DNA of 64,000 nucleotides, taken from contig JAKATN010000003.1 in the NCBI GenBank assembly GCA_021818715.1, forward strand, positions 31,093-95,092, written 5' to 3'. A program made the position numbers and the translations under genes. The stretch comes from Thermoplasmata archaeon (GTDB lineage: Archaea; Thermoplasmatota; Thermoplasmata; Thermoplasmatales; Thermoplasmataceae). Below are positions 37,250 through 46,073 of the stretch, piece after piece. Numbering within the stretch: position 1 is the first letter of the stretch; each line of letters opens with the position of its first letter. Under the pieces are notes generated by a model that did not search any database, was not told the DNA's origin, and saw only the letters and a program-made list of their open reading frames with translations.

Positions 37250-37915
37250 TTGACGGAATCTGAGGTCAGCCTTGTGGAATCGGTATTCGGAGGAGTGAAA
37301 GCTTCAGCCCTAGAGGCACTGTGCAGGGAGGATAAGAGCGTAGATGATCTTTCCTCAATGATGCGCATCAATAAGACTGCAGTAAATGAGCACATGGATT
37401 ACCTGGAGAAAAGGGGCTATGTCAAGTCATTTTTCAGGAACAGCGGAAGGGGCAGGCCAAGGAAATATTTTGGCCTCACTGAGAAGGGTTATGAACTTTT
37501 CCCGAAAAAATACAGCCTGTTTGCATCACTGATGGTTGAAACCCTTGAGGAAGAATTTGGATCCGAAAAGGTGGGGGAGCTGCTTGACATGGTTGCCCTG
37601 AAAATCCTGAAATCTTCCGCTGGAGACGGTTTCCTGCATGCCGACGCCAGCAGGGAAGACAAGATCAGGAGCCTGGAAAGCTTTGTTTCCACCCTTAACA
37701 GGCTTGGGTATTATGCAAGGCTGGAGGTCTCCGGCAACAAGGTCCGGATAGTGAGGAGCAACTGCGTATTCTACGAGCTGGCAAAGGGCCATTCCGGCCA
37801 GATCTGTGGAGTTCTTGAGTCCGACATCATAAAGAGGTCGACGGACGCCGATTTCACCATCGCAGAAAAGTTCACTGACGGATCAAGGAAATGCGTTATT
37901 GAACTGGATATCTAA
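37250..37915 (+). CDS. Winged-helix (ArsR/DeoR-like) regulator divergent from the suf operon, with a Cys-containing C-terminal domain (SufR-like candidate)
   Basis: The HTH reads VDDLSSMMRINKTAVNEHMDYLEKRGYVKSF..GRGRPRKYF. The C-terminal domain has C-x13-C-x28-C (SNCVFYELAKGHSGQIC...RKC). It has a TTG start. Confidence 0.6.
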   Translation: MTESEVSLVESVFGGVKASALEALCREDKSVDDLSSMMRINKTAVNEHMDYLEKRGYVKSFFRNSGRGRPRKYFGLTEKGYELFPKKYSLFASLMVETLEEEFGSEKVGELLDMVALKILKSSAGDGFLHADASREDKIRSLESFVSTLNRLGYYARLEVSGNKVRIVRSNCVFYELAKGHSGQICGVLESDIIKRSTDADFTIAEKFTDGSRKCVIELDI

Positions 37916-37968
37916 GATGGTTCGCCTGTCCCCGGCGTTTGGGAACAGGTAATTACGGCGGTACCAGA

Positions 37969-39468
37969 TCACCTGTATGCCGGATCTTCCGGATTGTTGG
38001 TAAAGGTGTAGTAATATTCTTCCGGCTTCTGCGACAGCGTTGATTCCGAGGAAACTGCAGACTGAAGATTTCCGTAGCTCCTCTTTATCTTTTCTTCCAC
38101 GGGAAGGTATATTTTCAGTGCTTCCCTGACATGGGATGCTTCTATAATCCTGGAACCCTCGATGAAGGCGATGTCTCCAGAGACCCTTACAAGACCCCCC
38201 ATCTCCCTGAGCCTGAGCGTCAGGGCGTTGTCCTTTTTGTCAACGATTTTTGCACGTCCTTTGCCTTCCTCTATGACTATGTTCATTCCTTCAACGCTCA
38301 TTGGCGGTATTTTGCCGTCTACGGCGATTTCCTGCGCTATGAACTGGAGGTACTTGTATCTGTTCGCAGGTGTATCAGGCATTGAGGTCTCCATCAGCAC
38401 CTCATAACCATTCCCGAGGATTCTTGATCTCAGCGGGCTGAGAATAGACTGCAGATCCTGTATGTTGCAGGCCGCTACCAGTATGAAATCGCAGGGCACC
38501 CTATCCACCCTCACGCTCGCACCGGCACTTTGGGGATTCCTTCCCGTTATCGGGAATGTCTTCTCCTGCATTGCAGTGAGAATGAATCTCTGTAGCTGTC
38601 CGAGGTGTGTAATTTCGTCAATGAAAAGCACGCCCTCATGCGCCTCGTGAATTGATCCTGCAATCACCCTCTCGTACGGAAGTGTCCCGAGTTGGGGATG
38701 GCTCCCGTAGGGATCGTGCCTTACATCGCCCAGCAGTTCCGTTTCGCTTGCGCCTGTGGCCAACACGAACGGGTTCCTTTCCAGCAGAACGATGGCTTTG
38801 CTCGGGTTCTTCTTTTCCATCTTTCTCCTTCTTTCGAGTGTACGTTCATCCAGCAGCCTCACCATTTCTCCAGCACGCTCGTAGACCACTATTTCAGATC
38901 TGTCTCCGACTCTCCGTGTCGAAGTCACCCTCTCCTGATTGTTCTGGACACCAAATGCTGCGCCAATCACATTGAAGACATCGCCAAAAGGCCCCTGCCC
39001 TGGCCCCTGCGCCTTCTGGGACGAACAGTGGGGGCAGATGGCCTCCGTATAGGAAGAATACTGACCGCATTTGGGGCACCTGTAACCCAGGCGCTCGGCG
39101 ACTGATGGTGGAATCTGCTTCGGGTCTGAGAGGAAGCCTTCCGCTGAAAAATTCTCTTCCCCTTCAGCAATGATCTCTTCCGCTGTCTTCACTTCAAACA
39201 GCGGTCTTTCCGGCTGCTGAGGATTGTGGACTACCCTTATCTCCTCTTTCGGTCTCTGTATATAGAAAGACAGTGCCTGCGCTATCATGGATTTTCCGAT
39301 GCCGGGCGGACCGACAAGCAAAAGGTTTCTGCGCTGTTTGGCCGCTACCATTGCAAGCCTGACTGCCTCGGGTTGACCTACAACCCTCTCCAGAGGCGAT
39401 GTGGGAATGTTTACGTTTGATGAATCTACGATTTCAGACTTATCTGCATTCAGAAACGACGATCCCAA
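37969..39468 (-). CDS. Lon-related AAA+ ATPase lacking a protease domain, with an inserted zinc ribbon
   Basis: It has a LonB-like N-terminus (VGQPEAVRLAMVAAKQRRNLLLVGPPGIGKS) and Walker B VLFIDEI. CPKCGQYSSYTEAICPHC sits between the Walker motifs, where LonB has its TM insert. The protein ends at 499 aa without a Ser-Lys protease domain. Confidence 0.65.
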   Translation of the reverse strand: MGSSFLNADKSEIVDSSNVNIPTSPLERVVGQPEAVRLAMVAAKQRRNLLLVGPPGIGKSMIAQALSFYIQRPKEEIRVVHNPQQPERPLFEVKTAEEIIAEGEENFSAEGFLSDPKQIPPSVAERLGYRCPKCGQYSSYTEAICPHCSSQKAQGPGQGPFGDVFNVIGAAFGVQNNQERVTSTRRVGDRSEIVVYERAGEMVRLLDERTLERRRKMEKKNPSKAIVLLERNPFVLATGASETELLGDVRHDPYGSHPQLGTLPYERVIAGSIHEAHEGVLFIDEITHLGQLQRFILTAMQEKTFPITGRNPQSAGASVRVDRVPCDFILVAACNIQDLQSILSPLRSRILGNGYEVLMETSMPDTPANRYKYLQFIAQEIAVDGKIPPMSVEGMNIVIEEGKGRAKIVDKKDNALTLRLREMGGLVRVSGDIAFIEGSRIIEASHVREALKIYLPVEEKIKRSYGNLQSAVSSESTLSQKPEEYYYTFTNNPEDPAYR

Positions 39469-40805
39469 GTGATCACCCTCATTTCTGCGGGTTTCTTTGT
39501 CACATGGCCAAGGCGGACACCGTACACGTTCTTGATCCCTGCATTCAGGGCAGCGTCTATCAGCCTCTGCGATATTACTCCGCCAGAAATTATTGTCTGC
39601 CCGTCATTCACGCCGTTGAGTTTATCGACTGCTTCAGCCAGGGGTATGCTTGCCACAACCTTTCCATCCTCGGAGTAAACCTCGAGGAGCTTTTCCTTCA
39701 GAAGGTGCTCTGCCCTGCCTTCAATGAACTTGTAGTTCTGCAGGTCAATCTTATCATTTTCATGAGATCCGTTCGCCTCCTGCTTGGTTTCCACCGCTTC
39801 CTCTCTTGCCCTTGCAGGCTTCCTTGCTGCAGGCTCTTCCGGATGCGGGGATTCTTCCAAGGCAACATCTTCTTCAATATCCATTGATCGCTCAATCACC
39901 ACTTTCTTCGTGCTGCCCGTCTTCTCGCTCTCATTCTTCTGGTTGAGTTCCTTCAACTCCTCAGACATCCCCCTCACGGAAAGATACTGGGCTATAGGCA
40001 TCTTGTATCTCAGGGCCTTCACTATCTGTTTGTACGTAAGCTCCTCCACTTCAGTCCCTGGAGGTGCCCTTGCAACAAAATCAACGTCCGCAACCTGCAG
40101 CATCTCCTTGAGAATGAGGTCTCCTCCCCTGTCCCCGTCCAGGAACACAACAACTGTCCTCTCCCTGGAGAGATCCTGGACCGTCTTTGGAATGTTGGTA
40201 CCCTGAACTGCAATGGTATTTTTTATCCCGTACTTCAGCAGATTCAGGACGTCATTTCTGCCTTCCACTACTATGATTGAGTCGGAGTCCTTTATGGCAG
40301 GGCCCGCTGGCAGCTTTTCGTCGCCGTATGAAGTGATCTCTGCCCTCTCCACATCCTCCCTGACAGCCTGGACTATGTTTTCAGAGACGTTTTTCCCTAC
40401 CTGTGACATTTTCTTGTAGAGAGCTTCTGCGCGTTCAATCACTTTCTGTCTCTTCTGGACTCTTACGTCCTCAACAGATTCTACGTCCATCTTTGCCTTG
40501 CATGGGCCTATCCTGTCAATTGTCTCAAGGGCTGCAGCAAGGATTGAACTCTCGACCTGGTCCAGGCCGGAAGGTATCAGGACGAATCCTTCGGTCTTTC
40601 CCTTCTTGCTGTCGATCTCGACCTCTATCCTCCCTATCCTGCCTCCCTTCTGGAGGTCCCTTAAGTCTAATTCCTCACCGAGTAATCCTTCAGTCTGCCC
40701 AAAAATAGCCCCTACTACGTCAGGTTTTTCCACCACTCCATCGGCCGTTATTCTTACTTTGATCAGATATTTTGTTAGATTCGGATCCACGTTCATTGTG
40801 TCCAC
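39450..40805 (-). CDS. dnaG: Archaeal DnaG primase-like protein (TOPRIM; exosome-associated)
   Basis: The N-terminus KYLIKVRITADGVVEKPDVVGAIFGQTEGLLGEELDLRDLQK.GRIGRIEV is highly characteristic. TOPRIM motifs IIVVEGRNDV...FLDGDRGGD are present. Confidence 0.9.
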   Translation of the reverse strand: MDTMNVDPNLTKYLIKVRITADGVVEKPDVVGAIFGQTEGLLGEELDLRDLQKGGRIGRIEVEIDSKKGKTEGFVLIPSGLDQVESSILAAALETIDRIGPCKAKMDVESVEDVRVQKRQKVIERAEALYKKMSQVGKNVSENIVQAVREDVERAEITSYGDEKLPAGPAIKDSDSIIVVEGRNDVLNLLKYGIKNTIAVQGTNIPKTVQDLSRERTVVVFLDGDRGGDLILKEMLQVADVDFVARAPPGTEVEELTYKQIVKALRYKMPIAQYLSVRGMSEELKELNQKNESEKTGSTKKVVIERSMDIEEDVALEESPHPEEPAARKPARAREEAVETKQEANGSHENDKIDLQNYKFIEGRAEHLLKEKLLEVYSEDGKVVASIPLAEAVDKLNGVNDGQTIISGGVISQRLIDAALNAGIKNVYGVRLGHVTKKPAEMRVITWDRRF

Positions 40806-40989
40806 CTAATTTTGCGTTATTTGCGAAGTTCGGTAAATGAATTGTATTGCTTCCACTCACCATTCCACATATAGATTTCTAAAGAATATTTAATCTATTC
40901 GTTAATTTATTTAAAATTAATGATAAAATAAGGGACATTGTTAAAAGAACGAACTAATTAAATAATTTCATATCATTGGCATTAAACTT

Positions 40990-42009
40990 ATGATCAGATT
41001 TGGGATAGCGGGTATTCCTCTCACCAGTAAAGGCAGAACGCTGGTTGATTCTATAATAGATTCGCATTTTCTCGGCCTGAATGCGCTGGAAGTCCAGCTT
41101 TTAAGGGTGAATGTTGAGGAAGCTCCCGCAATAGAATACTCAGGTAAGTATCCTAAGGATGTTGACGATTCCATTATCGTAAATATACTGAGGCCGGACG
41201 AAAACGGAAACTACCAGAGTGTGGGAATTGATACCCAGATAGAGTCTGAAGACATTTTGCAGGAACTGTTCTGGAACATGGCCAAGAATTATGATGAGAT
41301 CGTTGAGGGCGGGGAAATTGCGAAGGAGCTGGACGTCCAGCTTTCCCTGCATGCCCCTTACTATATGGACCTCCTGTCTCATGAAGAAATATCAGAAAAA
41401 TCATTCGATCACCTGAAATGGTCTCTCACCATTGGCAGAACCATGGGTGCCAGAAGGGTCGTATCCCACACTGGCTTTTACCGGGGCAACAAAAAGGACA
41501 GCCTCATGTCCGCCCAAAAAATTTACTCAAGAATAACAAAGGAGTTTTCGCACGAACAGGGGTTTCCCTACGTTGGCGTGGAGACTGCAGGCAAACCGGA
41601 ACTGTTTGGCACAACCGCCGAACTCATTTCCCTGGCCAAGAAGATACCGGGTGTGGAACCAATACTGAATTTCCCCCATGTACATTCACTCGCGGGAGGG
41701 GGCCTGACTGACATTGCCAGTTTTGAGGCGGTTATAACTGAATATGCCAAGTATGCCAAAGGCGATCTGTACACTGAATTCTCCGGCGTAGAGCACAAGG
41801 ACGGGAGCGAGATAAAGATGACGGCCATCAAGCATGGCGACCTTAAGTTTGAGACGCTTTCCGAATACCTGCAGGATTATTCAGGGGACATGACGATCAT
41901 ATCAATGTCTCCGCTTCTGGAGCACGACGCTCAGTACATGGATGTTATTTTCCTCAGGGCGATAGCAAAAAGGCTTCAGCGGAAGAGTGCATTAAAAGCA
42001 GGTGCTTGA
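40990..42009 (+). CDS. Endonuclease IV-like / xylose-isomerase-like TIM-barrel protein
   Basis: LSLHAPYYMDL, VVSHTGFY, VGVETAGK and NFPHVHSL resemble the Nfo (AP endonuclease 2) metal-ligand blocks. The assignment is tentative. Confidence 0.5.
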   Translation: MIRFGIAGIPLTSKGRTLVDSIIDSHFLGLNALEVQLLRVNVEEAPAIEYSGKYPKDVDDSIIVNILRPDENGNYQSVGIDTQIESEDILQELFWNMAKNYDEIVEGGEIAKELDVQLSLHAPYYMDLLSHEEISEKSFDHLKWSLTIGRTMGARRVVSHTGFYRGNKKDSLMSAQKIYSRITKEFSHEQGFPYVGVETAGKPELFGTTAELISLAKKIPGVEPILNFPHVHSLAGGGLTDIASFEAVITEYAKYAKGDLYTEFSGVEHKDGSEIKMTAIKHGDLKFETLSEYLQDYSGDMTIISMSPLLEHDAQYMDVIFLRAIAKRLQRKSALKAGA

Positions 42010-42301
42010 AAAAGTGAGAACCTACCCGGTGAAGAGGACAGTGAAGCTCAGCCAGGATACACTCCTGGAAAAAACACTTAAGACCTTCGGCAATGGAAAG
42101 GTTGAAGGGGATACCGTCGTTGCTACCTTCCCCGGACTCAAATCCGTATCATCCAGGATTGAGAAAGGAAAGCTTTGCATCGAGACCGTCACGGAGAAGT
42201 GCGACGACCCCATGGAAGCTATCAGAAAATTCAATGCATTCCTTGAGGACGTTACCGGCTACAGCGTGAGCGAAAGAAAGAAGCTGATGTCGAAGGTTTG
42301 A
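42002..42301 (+). CDS. Hypothetical small protein
   Basis: The 99-aa ORF (GTG start) overlaps both neighbours by a few nt (8 nt upstream, 4 nt downstream), suggesting co-translation with the GHMP-like gene. No family is recognised. Confidence 0.35.
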   Translation: MLEKVRTYPVKRTVKLSQDTLLEKTLKTFGNGKVEGDTVVATFPGLKSVSSRIEKGKLCIETVTEKCDDPMEAIRKFNAFLEDVTGYSVSERKKLMSKV

Positions 42302-43284
42302 TCCAATTGCCCGGACTGTTCTGTGAAGTGAAGGCTTATCCGACAATAGGAATCGTGTTGTTAGGCGGAATCTCTGACAAGATTGAAAGGATACCTCTCC
42401 ATGATTCCGCAGGCATTGCTTACACGCTTGCTGACGAAAATGGTGGTTACGTCCTTACCAGGCTACTGTCGTCACATATATGGCAGGGATTCGTGAATGG
42501 AAAGGAGATAGATCCAGGCGATACCAGATCACCGTTCAAGGTGATCAGGCATTACCGCGAGAAAATGAAAAGAGACGGAATGTCTCCACACGATGCATCA
42601 TTTTCTTTCTTTTCCGAGAACATACGGATACTCAGCGGTAGTTCAGACGCCGCAGCAGCCTCGTTCGGGAAGTGCATACTGGAATTTTCCGATGGCAACA
42701 TAGATCGTGATGACCTTGAAAACAGGCTCAGAGGGATTTCAGAAAGTGCCGGAAGAAGTTTCCGGGGCGGCCTCACCTGCACGACCAGGCAGAACGGGAG
42801 GATGGTGACGGAAAGATTGCTTGATCCTGAGGACTTCTCAGAGTATCGTGTGGTGGGCTGTAATTTCTCCTCGTCAAGGAACCCGTCCGACAATATACAT
42901 TCAAACATTGTCATGGACCCGGAATACGGCACCAGGGTGGAAACTGCCTCAGCGAGAGTAAGAAAGCTGAGGGATCTGGCACGTGAAGTAGACGTACCGG
43001 GCATCTTTGAGCTTGCTGAAAGAGATACCGGGGATTACCACAGGATCATAGAAAGATGCGGTGTTACGGTCATCACTGGTGAGATGCGCAGATATATAGA
43101 ATACCTCACGAAGCTAAAGAAAACGATGTGGGTTACGTATATTGTGACCGGAGGTTCCAATGTTTTCACCGTTGTGGAAAAGGACAGGACCGATATCATC
43201 ATGGAGAAGGCAGGCGAATTCCACTTCACTCCAAGTGTACTCAAAGTGGCAGGCGAACCTGTCACAGTCAGCAAGAATTTCTGA
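42298..43284 (+). CDS. GHMP-kinase-fold, diphosphomevalonate-decarboxylase-like protein (candidate enzyme of the Thermoplasma-type mevalonate pathway)
   Basis: The N-terminus AYPTIGIVLLGGISDK..RIPLHDSAGIAY parallels the MDD pattern A.pNIAlIKYWGKrd...P...S.s. It also has a GHMP motif-like GSSDAAAAS. It cannot be assigned to mevalonate-3-kinase versus bisphosphate decarboxylase by eye. Confidence 0.5.
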   Translation: MIQLPGLFCEVKAYPTIGIVLLGGISDKIERIPLHDSAGIAYTLADENGGYVLTRLLSSHIWQGFVNGKEIDPGDTRSPFKVIRHYREKMKRDGMSPHDASFSFFSENIRILSGSSDAAAASFGKCILEFSDGNIDRDDLENRLRGISESAGRSFRGGLTCTTRQNGRMVTERLLDPEDFSEYRVVGCNFSSSRNPSDNIHSNIVMDPEYGTRVETASARVRKLRDLAREVDVPGIFELAERDTGDYHRIIERCGVTVITGEMRRYIEYLTKLKKTMWVTYIVTGGSNVFTVVEKDRTDIIMEKAGEFHFTPSVLKVAGEPVTVSKNF

Positions 43285-44055
43285 TCACTTTTTATTTTCT
43301 CTTTCCCGTTTTTTATGCAATATGGATGGAGATAGTACAGCCAGGGTAACAGCAGAAATGAGAAGGAGGAGAAAACCGTATGAATTCAACGGAGCAGGAT
43401 TTTGTGGAATTGCGAGATGCAGTTCCCACATCGGCCACAGTTTCAGCAACCCAAGCCATGGAAGGTCTGCCATGGCGACTCCGACGATTTCGTTCCCCTT
43501 GACAGGCGGGTCGTAAAAGCCAAGGACCTGATCCTGATCTGCAACAGGGGAAGGGTTAAGATTGCTGTTTCCAAGGTTGTAATCACCGCATGTGATAAAT
43601 CCGGAGAGCCCCCTTATAGGTGCCAGGTATAGGATCAGGTTCTTTCCGGCGTACCCGATGCCGAACAGCGTGATTGAGATGTTTGTGATCTTTATCCAGG
43701 GCTGGCCGGAGTAACCATAGACTATGGGTTGTGTTCCGTTCCAGCCAAGGTAGAACATCGCCCTGTGTATTATCTGGTATCCGCCGTAGTCGTAGACTAT
43801 CACATTCCCGTATTCGCCAAATGTAGTGTACCCGGTTGAACTGCCATTTATGTAGGTCACTATGGCAGAGTTATCCGGCACTTTCTTCAGATATACGACA
43901 TCCCCGGTGGTTATTATACCCGGTGTCCAGCTTCCTGAGTGCTGCATGCTGCCGGACGAAACTATGGTCAATGGGGGCCATATGCCTGAATACAGTGTGA
44001 TACCCACAAAGAAGATAACAACAATGATTGCGGGAACTGCAGCGGATTTTTTCAT
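43285..44055 (-). CDS. Signal peptidase I (archaeal Sec11/S26-type)
   Basis: It has an N-terminal TM, the catalytic box VSSGSMQH, TTGDVV and IIHRA (His box), and a C-terminal TM. Confidence 0.75.
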   Translation of the reverse strand: MKKSAAVPAIIVVIFFVGITLYSGIWPPLTIVSSGSMQHSGSWTPGIITTGDVVYLKKVPDNSAIVTYINGSSTGYTTFGEYGNVIVYDYGGYQIIHRAMFYLGWNGTQPIVYGYSGQPWIKITNISITLFGIGYAGKNLILYLAPIRGLSGFITCGDYNLGNSNLNPSPVADQDQVLGFYDPPVKGNEIVGVAMADLPWLGLLKLWPMWELHLAIPQNPAPLNSYGFLLLLISAVTLAVLSPSILHKKRERENKK

Positions 44056-44069
44056 TCCCGGAAAGATAC

Positions 44070-44303
44070 CTAGAACTTTATTCCCGTGAGTGTCTTGGTC
44101 TCAAGTATCCCGTGGATTGTCCTTATTTTACGGATCACCGTCTCTTCAATTTCAGAATAGTCCTTCTTTTCCAGCTTTGCGATTATGTCATATTCTCCGA
44201 AAAGCGTGTAAACTTCCACCACGCCATCAATGGCAGAGAGTGCGCTGTTCACTTCAAGTTCCTTGCCTGGTAACGTGTTGACCAAAACGTAGGCTATGAC
44301 CAA
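44070..44303 (-). CDS. Stand-alone Lrp/AsnC-type ligand-binding (RAM) domain protein (no HTH)
   Basis: The 77-aa sequence is MVIAYVLVN...VVEVYTLFGEYDIIAKLE...ILETKTLTGIKF. It is a paralog of the partial ORF at 1..158. Confidence 0.7.
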   Translation of the reverse strand: MVIAYVLVNTLPGKELEVNSALSAIDGVVEVYTLFGEYDIIAKLEKKDYSEIEETVIRKIRTIHGILETKTLTGIKF

Positions 44304-44394
44304 GTCTTATCGGGTGAAGATATTATTTGGAAGATATTAACCTATCTGATTTACTGGCGAGGAAATCAGTCTTTTATAGGTTTTGGAGATCAAT

Positions 44395-44979
44395 ATGCGC
44401 TTGCTCTTCTACCTGATACTTCTGGGTGTTGCTCTTGGTATTTCCCTGGCAGGCCCTCCGGGTCCTGTCACATCGGTAATTGTGCTTCGTGCAAGATCCA
44501 GTGCCCTTTCAGGATTCCTGGTAGGGCTCGGGGCAATGACTGCGGATTTCATCCTCATGATACTGGTTTTCCTCTTTTACGGGGAAATTTCGGGATATCA
44601 CATAGATCTCATTCTTTACCCGGTGGGGGCAGGAATATTCTTCCTGATGGCTGCCCTTATCCTCCAGGGCAATGAACCTTCCAGCGCAGTGTTGCTGGGG
44701 AATGGTTATATCCTGGGTTTGGAGATGGGAATTGTCAATCCGTTCCAGATTGCCTGGTGGGCTGGAGCAGGGTTGAGCGTTCTGGGCACCTTTGGAATCT
44801 TTCCATTCTATTTTCTGTTTCTCGGCATTACACTATGGATTTCTTTCCTCTCGATATCAATAAACAGGAGCGTGGTTAAATATGGAAGGAAACTCTCCCA
44901 GGTCATCAGGTTCGTATCGGCGGCTATCCAGATTGGATTTTCCGCAACCTTCCTGTATCTATGGATACTGCTGCTTTAG
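44395..44979 (+). CDS. LysE/RhtB-family amino-acid exporter
   Basis: It is a 6-TM protein with a G(P)PGPV motif near the N-terminus (LAGPPGPVTS) and NPFQIAWW. The frame is open from the TTG at 44383. Confidence 0.75.
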   Translation: MRLLFYLILLGVALGISLAGPPGPVTSVIVLRARSSALSGFLVGLGAMTADFILMILVFLFYGEISGYHIDLILYPVGAGIFFLMAALILQGNEPSSAVLLGNGYILGLEMGIVNPFQIAWWAGAGLSVLGTFGIFPFYFLFLGITLWISFLSISINRSVVKYGRKLSQVIRFVSAAIQIGFSATFLYLWILLL

Positions 44980-45536
44980 TCTGGACTCTTCAATTTCTTC
45001 GAGAGTGACACAAGATTGAAAAGCAGTTTCCTGATGAGTTCCTTGGAATTCTCATCCCTGAGCTCCAGGTTCTCGTTGAACTTCTGGTTTGCAAATGTGA
45101 TGAACACTTCAGGCCTTCCTACAGGGATCATGTCGAGAAAAACGAACACCTGCCGGAGATGATACTGGGCTCTCGCACCACCGAGCATTCCAGTAGAGGC
45201 GCTGAGCAGGGCTACTGGCTTGCCTGGAAACGGATTCCTTTCTGCCGGCAACGAGGCGGCGTCAAATACGTTCTTAATGTATCCAGGCACCGAATAATTG
45301 TATTCCGGGGTCGCGACAAGGAGTCCATCTGCTTTTCGAATGGCATCCTGAAAATCCATTACCGTCCTTGGAGGGTTGGAAGATTGTTCAGGATCGAACA
45401 TTGGGATGTTGCTTATATCATGGATTTCGAGCCTGGAACCGTCCGGCATAAGCTGTGCCGCAGTCCTGAGAAGGGCTGAATTGTAAGAACCTTTCCTTCG
45501 GCTGCCCCCAAAACCGAGTATGTTTATCATAGCCAT
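44976..45536 (-). CDS. NAD(P)H-dependent FMN reductase family protein
   Basis: It has INILGFGGSRRKGSYNSALLR, ATPEYNYSVPG and a flavodoxin-like fold signature. The upstream in-frame extension to 45653 is judged spurious. Confidence 0.8.
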   Translation of the reverse strand: MAMINILGFGGSRRKGSYNSALLRTAAQLMPDGSRLEIHDISNIPMFDPEQSSNPPRTVMDFQDAIRKADGLLVATPEYNYSVPGYIKNVFDAASLPAERNPFPGKPVALLSASTGMLGGARAQYHLRQVFVFLDMIPVGRPEVFITFANQKFNENLELRDENSKELIRKLLFNLVSLSKKLKSPD

Positions 45537-45629
45537 CGCCACACATTCTTTGGGCTCATTAAATCTTAAGCTTAAGCATGGTTCACCAGCTATCGCCATG
45601 GGTTCTATATCACTCCAAGAAAAACTTAA

Positions 45630-45821
45630 ATGCTGTGTTCTGATGAACAACAAGTGGCACAGAAGAACAACGAGGGATTCCAGTCCGGCGCAGGACTGAT
45701 TAGGTATTTCGAAGAAGAGGAGATTAATGGGCCTGCACTTGATCCCAAGCTTGTAATCTATCTGGGCATTATGGTGGCAGTGGTTGTTGAGCTTATCAAA
45801 TTCTTCTGGCCCATAACATGA
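45630..45821 (+). CDS. secG: Preprotein translocase subunit Sec61-beta (archaeal SecG)
   Basis: GAGLIRYFEEE......LDPKLV is followed by a single C-terminal TM (IYLGIMVAVVVELIKFFW). The real start may be the GTG at about 45654. Confidence 0.75.
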   Translation: MLCSDEQQVAQKNNEGFQSGAGLIRYFEEEEINGPALDPKLVIYLGIMVAVVVELIKFFWPIT

Positions 45822-45899
45822 TGCTGGCTGTTTTCCATTATTGATTTCTGATCATGCAGGAAAAACAATAAATCCAAATTGCCAATGCCGCGAAGAAAA

Positions 45900-45974
45900 G
45901 CTCCGGTGGTGTAGCCAGGCCAAGCATAAGGGACTCTCAATCCCTCGACTCGGGTCCAAATCCCGGCCGGAGCA
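45900..45974 (+). tRNA. tRNA-Glu (anticodon CUC)
   Basis: A manual cloverleaf fits. The acceptor is GCTCCGG/CCGGAGC plus discriminator A. The anticodon stem is AGGGA/TCCCT with loop CT-CTC-AA. The T arm is TCGGG-TCCAAAT-CCCGG. It is 75 nt with no intron and no encoded CCA. Confidence 0.92.
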
Positions 45975-46073
45975 TGCTAAAACACCTCTCCTGTTGACCG
46001 GCGTTATAATCGCCACAGTGATGGTCGATGGAAGTTCCGATAGCTTTTTAATTGGAGGATACTTAACTTCTTT

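Noticed and set aside
40806-40989. A very A+T-rich 184-bp divergent intergenic region between dnaG and the endonuclease-IV-like gene. It contains an imperfect palindrome ATTAATTT-N5-AAATTAAT and was considered as a replication origin.
   Set aside because: There are no repeated ORB-like elements and no adjacent orc1/cdc6 gene. The region is adequately explained as two divergent archaeal promoters.
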